Shown in pieces: positions 19,981 through 23,580 of a DNA stretch of 23,580 nt (the stretch's first letter is position 1; every line of letters starts with the position of its first letter). Location: NCBI GenBank assembly GCA_031370645.1, contig JANMQV010000216.1:1-23580 (forward strand), written 5' to 3'. Source of the stretch: Candidatus Eiseniibacteriota bacterium (GTDB lineage Bacteria; Eisenbacteria; RBG-16-71-46; SZUA-252). The translations under genes and the position numbers were made by a program. The notes under the pieces were generated by a model. That model did no database searches and was not told the origin of the DNA. It was given only the letters and a program-made list of their open reading frames with translations.

Positions 19981-20960
19981 CAGGCTGCTCCCGCCGTGTC
20001 GCGCCGGCCGCCGGTCACCCAATAGACCAAGAGCCGCGCCAGGGCGTTCATCACGATCGTCACCGCGAAGAGAACGAGCGCGATTTGGATGAGCGCCGAG
20101 AGATAGATCGGGCCCGTTGCTTCCGTGAATTCATTCGCGATCACGCTGGCCATAGTCGCGCCGGGGTCGAGGATCGAGGTCGGGAGTCGATTCGTGTTTC
20201 CGATCACCATCGTCACGGCCATCGTCTCTCCAAGAGCGCGCCCGAGCGCCAGGATCACAGCGCCGAGGATGCCGGGCTTCGCGGCACTCAGGGCCACGCC
20301 GATCGATTCGGCCTGCGTGGCTCCAAGCGCGAGCGACGCTTCCCGAAGCGACTTGGGTGTCGCGAGCAACACTTCGCGCGAAATGGAGACGATGGTCGGA
20401 ACGACCATGATGCCGAGGATGATGCCGGCGTTCAGGATCCCGATACCAAACGGCGCGCCGCTGAACAACGGGATGAAGCCGAGATGCGCGACGATCCATG
20501 GTTCGACCGTGGTGCGAAGAAACGGCGCTAGAATGAAGAATCCCCAGATGCCAAAGACGATGCTCGGAATGGCGGCGAGAAGCTCCATGACGAAGGAGAC
20601 GATCTCGCCCATCCGTTGGCTCGACAGCTCCGCCAGGAAGATCGCGCTCCCCACACCGAGTGGCACCGCGAAGAAGAGAGCCAGGAACGAAGTAGCGAGC
20701 GTGCCGACGACGTACGGCAATGCGCCGTATCGATCGAATACCGGATCCCACTCCGTGGAGGTGAGGAATCCCCAGCCGATCGTCTTCATGGAGAGTCTCG
20801 CCCCGAGGAACGACTCGAAGGCGATCAGGACGACGATGAAAAAGACGACGGCCGCGGCCCCCATGAGGAGGCCGCGGTAGACGTCGTCGAAGCGGATGGC
20901 GGGGCGGGCGCGCAAACCCCGCAGGGCCCCCACCACTCCGCTGATCCGTGCTTCGGCCAA
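19980..20960 (-). CDS. pstC: Phosphate ABC transporter permease PstC
   Basis: WDP....YGALP...GT, ELLAAIPSIVFGIWG, LREASLALGAT, GRALGETMAVTMVIGN. TTG 1 nt after the pstS stop. Confidence 0.95.
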   Translation of the reverse strand: MAEARISGVVGALRGLRARPAIRFDDVYRGLLMGAAAVVFFIVVLIAFESFLGARLSMKTIGWGFLTSTEWDPVFDRYGALPYVVGTLATSFLALFFAVPLGVGSAIFLAELSSQRMGEIVSFVMELLAAIPSIVFGIWGFFILAPFLRTTVEPWIVAHLGFIPLFSGAPFGIGILNAGIILGIMVVPTIVSISREVLLATPKSLREASLALGATQAESIGVALSAAKPGILGAVILALGRALGETMAVTMVIGNTNRLPTSILDPGATMASVIANEFTEATGPIYLSALIQIALVLFAVTIVMNALARLLVYWVTGGRRDTAGAA

Positions 20961-20961
20961 T

Positions 20962-22044
20962 CTACTTCCGGGACGCGATCGGCTTGCCGGCCGCCGTGAG
21001 CGAGAGGAGATTCGCCTGGTTCACCTTCACGACCGACGCCGGGAGCCGCGCGTAGTCGAGCCCTTCCGCGACTTCCTGCCCGTCGGTCATCGACCAGTTG
21101 ATGAAATCGACGAGCGCCCTCCCCTTCACCGCGTCGCGCTGCTCCTTGTAGACGAGGAGGAACGTGAGCCCCGCGATCGGATACGCCTGCGGATCGGGCG
21201 AATTGACGATCGGCGTCCGGACATCCTTCGCGAGCGCCACCGCGGCGCCGTTCGCGGCCGCCGTGGTGGAGGCGAGCGACGGCTCGATGAAGTTGCCGGC
21301 GACGTTCTTGATGTGCGCCACCGAGAAGTTGTTCTGCTTGGCGTACGCGAGTTCGACGTAGCCGATGGCGCCAGGAGTCTGGCGCACCAAGCCCGAGACG
21401 CCTTCGTTCCCCTTGCCACCGATACCGACCGGCCAGGAGACGGAGGTGTTCACGCCGACCATCTCTTTCCACTCGCTGCTCACCGCGGCGAGGTAGGAGA
21501 CGAAAATGTAGGTCGTGCCGCTGCCGTCCGACCGATGGACCGGAAGGATCGGAGAGCCGGGGAGCGCCACGCCGGGATTGGCGGCGGCGATCGCCTTGTC
21601 GTTCCACATCTTGATCTTGCCCATGTAGATCCCGGTGACGATCTGGGGCGTCATCTTCAGCGGCGCCTTTAGATCGGGCAGGTTGTACGCGAGAACCACC
21701 GCTCCCGCGACCGTCGGGAAGTGGAGGATTTGCCTCGGCATTTCCTTCATCCGCTGGTTGTTGAGGGGAGCGTCCGACGCACCGAAGTCGACCGTGCCGG
21801 CGCGGACCTGCTGAATGCCGCCGCCGCTTCCGATCGACTGATAGTTGATCTGCGTGCCGGTCACCTTGTGGTACATGTCGAACCACTTGGAGTAGAGCGG
21901 GTACGGAAACGTGGCGCCCGCGCCGGTGAGGTTCTGGGCGGCGACGGGCGCCGGAAGCGCGCACGCCCCCGAAGTCACCATCGCGGCCACCGCCATGACG
22001 CCGATGATGCTCTTCCTGAATCCAGCGTTTCGAATTGAAATCAT
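20962..22044 (-). CDS. pstS: Phosphate ABC transporter substrate-binding protein PstS
   Basis: GAGATFPYPLY, NYQSIGSGGG, DFGASD, HRSDGSGTT, GKGNEGV, IGYVE. GGAGG RBS before ATG 22044. Confidence 0.96.
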   Translation of the reverse strand: MISIRNAGFRKSIIGVMAVAAMVTSGACALPAPVAAQNLTGAGATFPYPLYSKWFDMYHKVTGTQINYQSIGSGGGIQQVRAGTVDFGASDAPLNNQRMKEMPRQILHFPTVAGAVVLAYNLPDLKAPLKMTPQIVTGIYMGKIKMWNDKAIAAANPGVALPGSPILPVHRSDGSGTTYIFVSYLAAVSSEWKEMVGVNTSVSWPVGIGGKGNEGVSGLVRQTPGAIGYVELAYAKQNNFSVAHIKNVAGNFIEPSLASTTAAANGAAVALAKDVRTPIVNSPDPQAYPIAGLTFLLVYKEQRDAVKGRALVDFINWSMTDGQEVAEGLDYARLPASVVKVNQANLLSLTAAGKPIASRK

Positions 22045-22069
22045 CTGATCGTTCCTCCGTTCCGTGCCG

Positions 22070-23215
22070 TTAGGGCTTCGAGAATTTGAAGTAGAAGGTG
22101 AGTCGTGCCTGGAGATCGTGGTGCAGCGGAGCGGTCGTGGTACCCCGCGCGCGGTAGCCCGACGCTTCGATGTTCGGCATGACGTGAACGTCCTTGTACG
22201 GCTCCCAGTCGACGCCCGCGATGTAGAGATCGGAGTCGATCCGGTTGGCTGCGCGTGTGTTCGGTTGCCAGCGATCGTAACGTCCGAACACGGTCGCCTT
22301 CTCGTGCGCCTTGTAGCGCCCGAAGAAGGAGAGCCCGAACGGCTCCGTGTTACCGCCGGTGCGGCGATGGTTGATGCGATCAACCGCCTCGGCGCCGAGC
22401 GCGAGGCGCCTGAGTTCGTACCACGTAAAGACCTTGTACGTCGCCTTGTCGGCCCCGTTCGGCCCCCATTCGTAGTCCACGAACGGCTCGATCCGGAGGT
22501 CGGAGGTGATCTGGAGCGGCAGGCTCAGGTAAGCCTTCTTGTAGCGGTTGTCTTCCGGCTTATTCCCAAGTCCGTTCCCGAGCATGGCGTTGAACCCGAC
22601 CTTGTGGCCGTTGTCCGCGAAGCCCTTGAGGATCACCCCGATGTCCGAGCTGCTCCCGAGTCCGCGGAAATCCGCGATCGATTTCTCGAGCGATCGATAA
22701 CCGAAGATCTCGTCCACGCTCTCCCAGATCGGCGTGGAGAGAATGCCAAACTGGAACGTGGTTCGTGGCAGGACGTTCTTCACCTGGAGGTAGGCGTTTC
22801 GAAGCGCAATCCCCACCTTGCCGTCCGAGGTGAGCGACTTGCTGTCCGCCTCGAGACGAACGCGGGTGGAGTACTTGATCGAGAGATCGGCGTCATGCTG
22901 AAAATAGACCCGGCGGACCTGAATCCCGTTCAGGTCGCGGCCGATTACCTTCGGCTGTCCGTTCGCGTAGGGCGAGCCGTCGAGATTCGTCTTCGCGCTG
23001 TCGGTGCCGCTCGCGTTGTACGAGTGCCCGGGGTCACCGGTCACGTTGTAGTAGTAGTCGCCGAAGATGTAGCCGCTGAACCGACCTCGCGGAAAGTCGG
23101 GATCGGTGCCGGCGACCGGCGTCTGCGCCGCTGCTTGCTTCGCGGATAGACCGAGAACCCCCGTGGCGAGAACCGCGAGAAGTAGCGCCCTCTTCCACCG
23201 CTTCCGTTGCGTCAT
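22070..23215 (-). CDS. Putative outer-membrane porin heading the pst operon (381 aa)
   Basis: Signal peptide ending AAA-Q; aromatic and basic alternating strands (RRVYFQHD, LRNAYLQ, FGRYDRW, ARLTFYFKF). AAGGAG RBS; directly upstream of pstS. Confidence 0.8.
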   Translation of the reverse strand: MTQRKRWKRALLLAVLATGVLGLSAKQAAAQTPVAGTDPDFPRGRFSGYIFGDYYYNVTGDPGHSYNASGTDSAKTNLDGSPYANGQPKVIGRDLNGIQVRRVYFQHDADLSIKYSTRVRLEADSKSLTSDGKVGIALRNAYLQVKNVLPRTTFQFGILSTPIWESVDEIFGYRSLEKSIADFRGLGSSSDIGVILKGFADNGHKVGFNAMLGNGLGNKPEDNRYKKAYLSLPLQITSDLRIEPFVDYEWGPNGADKATYKVFTWYELRRLALGAEAVDRINHRRTGGNTEPFGLSFFGRYKAHEKATVFGRYDRWQPNTRAANRIDSDLYIAGVDWEPYKDVHVMPNIEASGYRARGTTTAPLHHDLQARLTFYFKFSKP

Positions 23216-23310
23216 TCGTTCTCCTTCTCCCCTGTCGTCCGCCGCTTCACGTGGCGTCGGGCCGATCCGGCGCATTCGCGTCGGCCGCCCTAGCTGGCGG
23301 TGCTAGAGAG

Positions 23311-23375
23311 AAGGTACGGAAAAGGCAGTGAAGGCGGTGTTACGAATCAATGCCATCGATGTTACGGCTGTAACA
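23311..23375 (-). promoter_or_regulatory. Pho-box-like operator and -10 element of the porin-pstSCA operon
   Basis: Minus-strand hexamers in 11-bp phase: GTAACA (23365), weak GGCATT (23354), GTAACA (23343), TTCACT (23332), then 10 nt and TACCTT (23316-23311). Confidence 0.6.
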
Positions 23376-23445
23376 GGAGGAGGGCGTGGGAACTACGGAG
23401 GCGCCTAGCGGGCGGTGGTACAGAGCTGAACGCGGCGGGGCGCCG

Positions 23446-23580
23446 TTACAACCGACGCATTGCCTCCAGCATTTCGCGGACGGCCTCGGTCAGGCCAACT
23501 TCCACGGAGCGCGAGATGAGGGTGTGGCCGATGGAGAGTTCCGTGAAAGGGTAGCGGCGAAGGAGGGCGCCGACATTGCG
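23446..23580 (-). CDS. pdxJ: Pyridoxine 5'-phosphate synthase, C-terminal 44 aa (5' part outside the window)
   Basis: Hand translation RNVGALLRRYPFTELSIGHTLISRSVEVGLTEAVREMLEAMRRL* matches the PdxJ C-terminal ELNIGH..I.R....GL..AV.EM pattern. Confidence 0.85.
   Translation of the reverse strand, partial: RNVGALLRRYPFTELSIGHTLISRSVEVGLTEAVREMLEAMRRL

Noticed and set aside
22045..22383. N-terminal extension of PstS (473-aa track ORF)
   Set aside because: It overlaps the porin; ATG 22044 has a GGAGG RBS and a signal peptide.
23300..23554. Plus-strand 84-aa ORF with CHRCYGC
   Set aside because: It overlays the pst promoter and antisense pdxJ; the Cys codons arise from the TGTTAC/TGTAAC operator repeats.

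Overview
GC-rich, gene-dense bacterial window with 23 supportable CDS, 21 of them on the minus strand. No rRNA, tRNA, CRISPR array or mobile element was seen. Read in the transcription direction (right to left), it holds: the 3' end of pdxJ; a Pho-box-like promoter ahead of porin-pstS-pstC-pstA, with no pstB or phoU following; threonine aldolase; DUF3465; and a plus-strand beta-barrel protein. A ~12 kb run of tightly packed, functionally mixed genes follows: GNAT, chorismate mutase/prephenate dehydrogenase, LCM-type methyltransferase, GNAT, AIF-like flavoprotein, CPBP protease, Ser/Thr kinase-TolB-like propeller, two membrane proteins, DUF1697, ATP-grasp enzyme and a beta-propeller lipoprotein. 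The window ends with a lone 72-aa plus-strand gene, a 914-aa secreted Ig-repeat/PKD protein with a FlgD-Ig/T9SS-like C-terminal domain, and a GAF histidine kinase cut by the left edge and missing from the ORF track. The C-terminal domain, porins and kinase style suggest a diderm FCB-related organism such as Candidatus Eisenbacteria (inference only). I cannot demonstrate a complete new system. The best leads are the 914-aa protein's unrecognised domains, the pstB-less pst operon with its porin, recurrent -10 hexamers 7-9 nt before start codons, the orphan 72-aa gene and the AIF-like reductase. Family calls are from motif recognition; no database searches were run.
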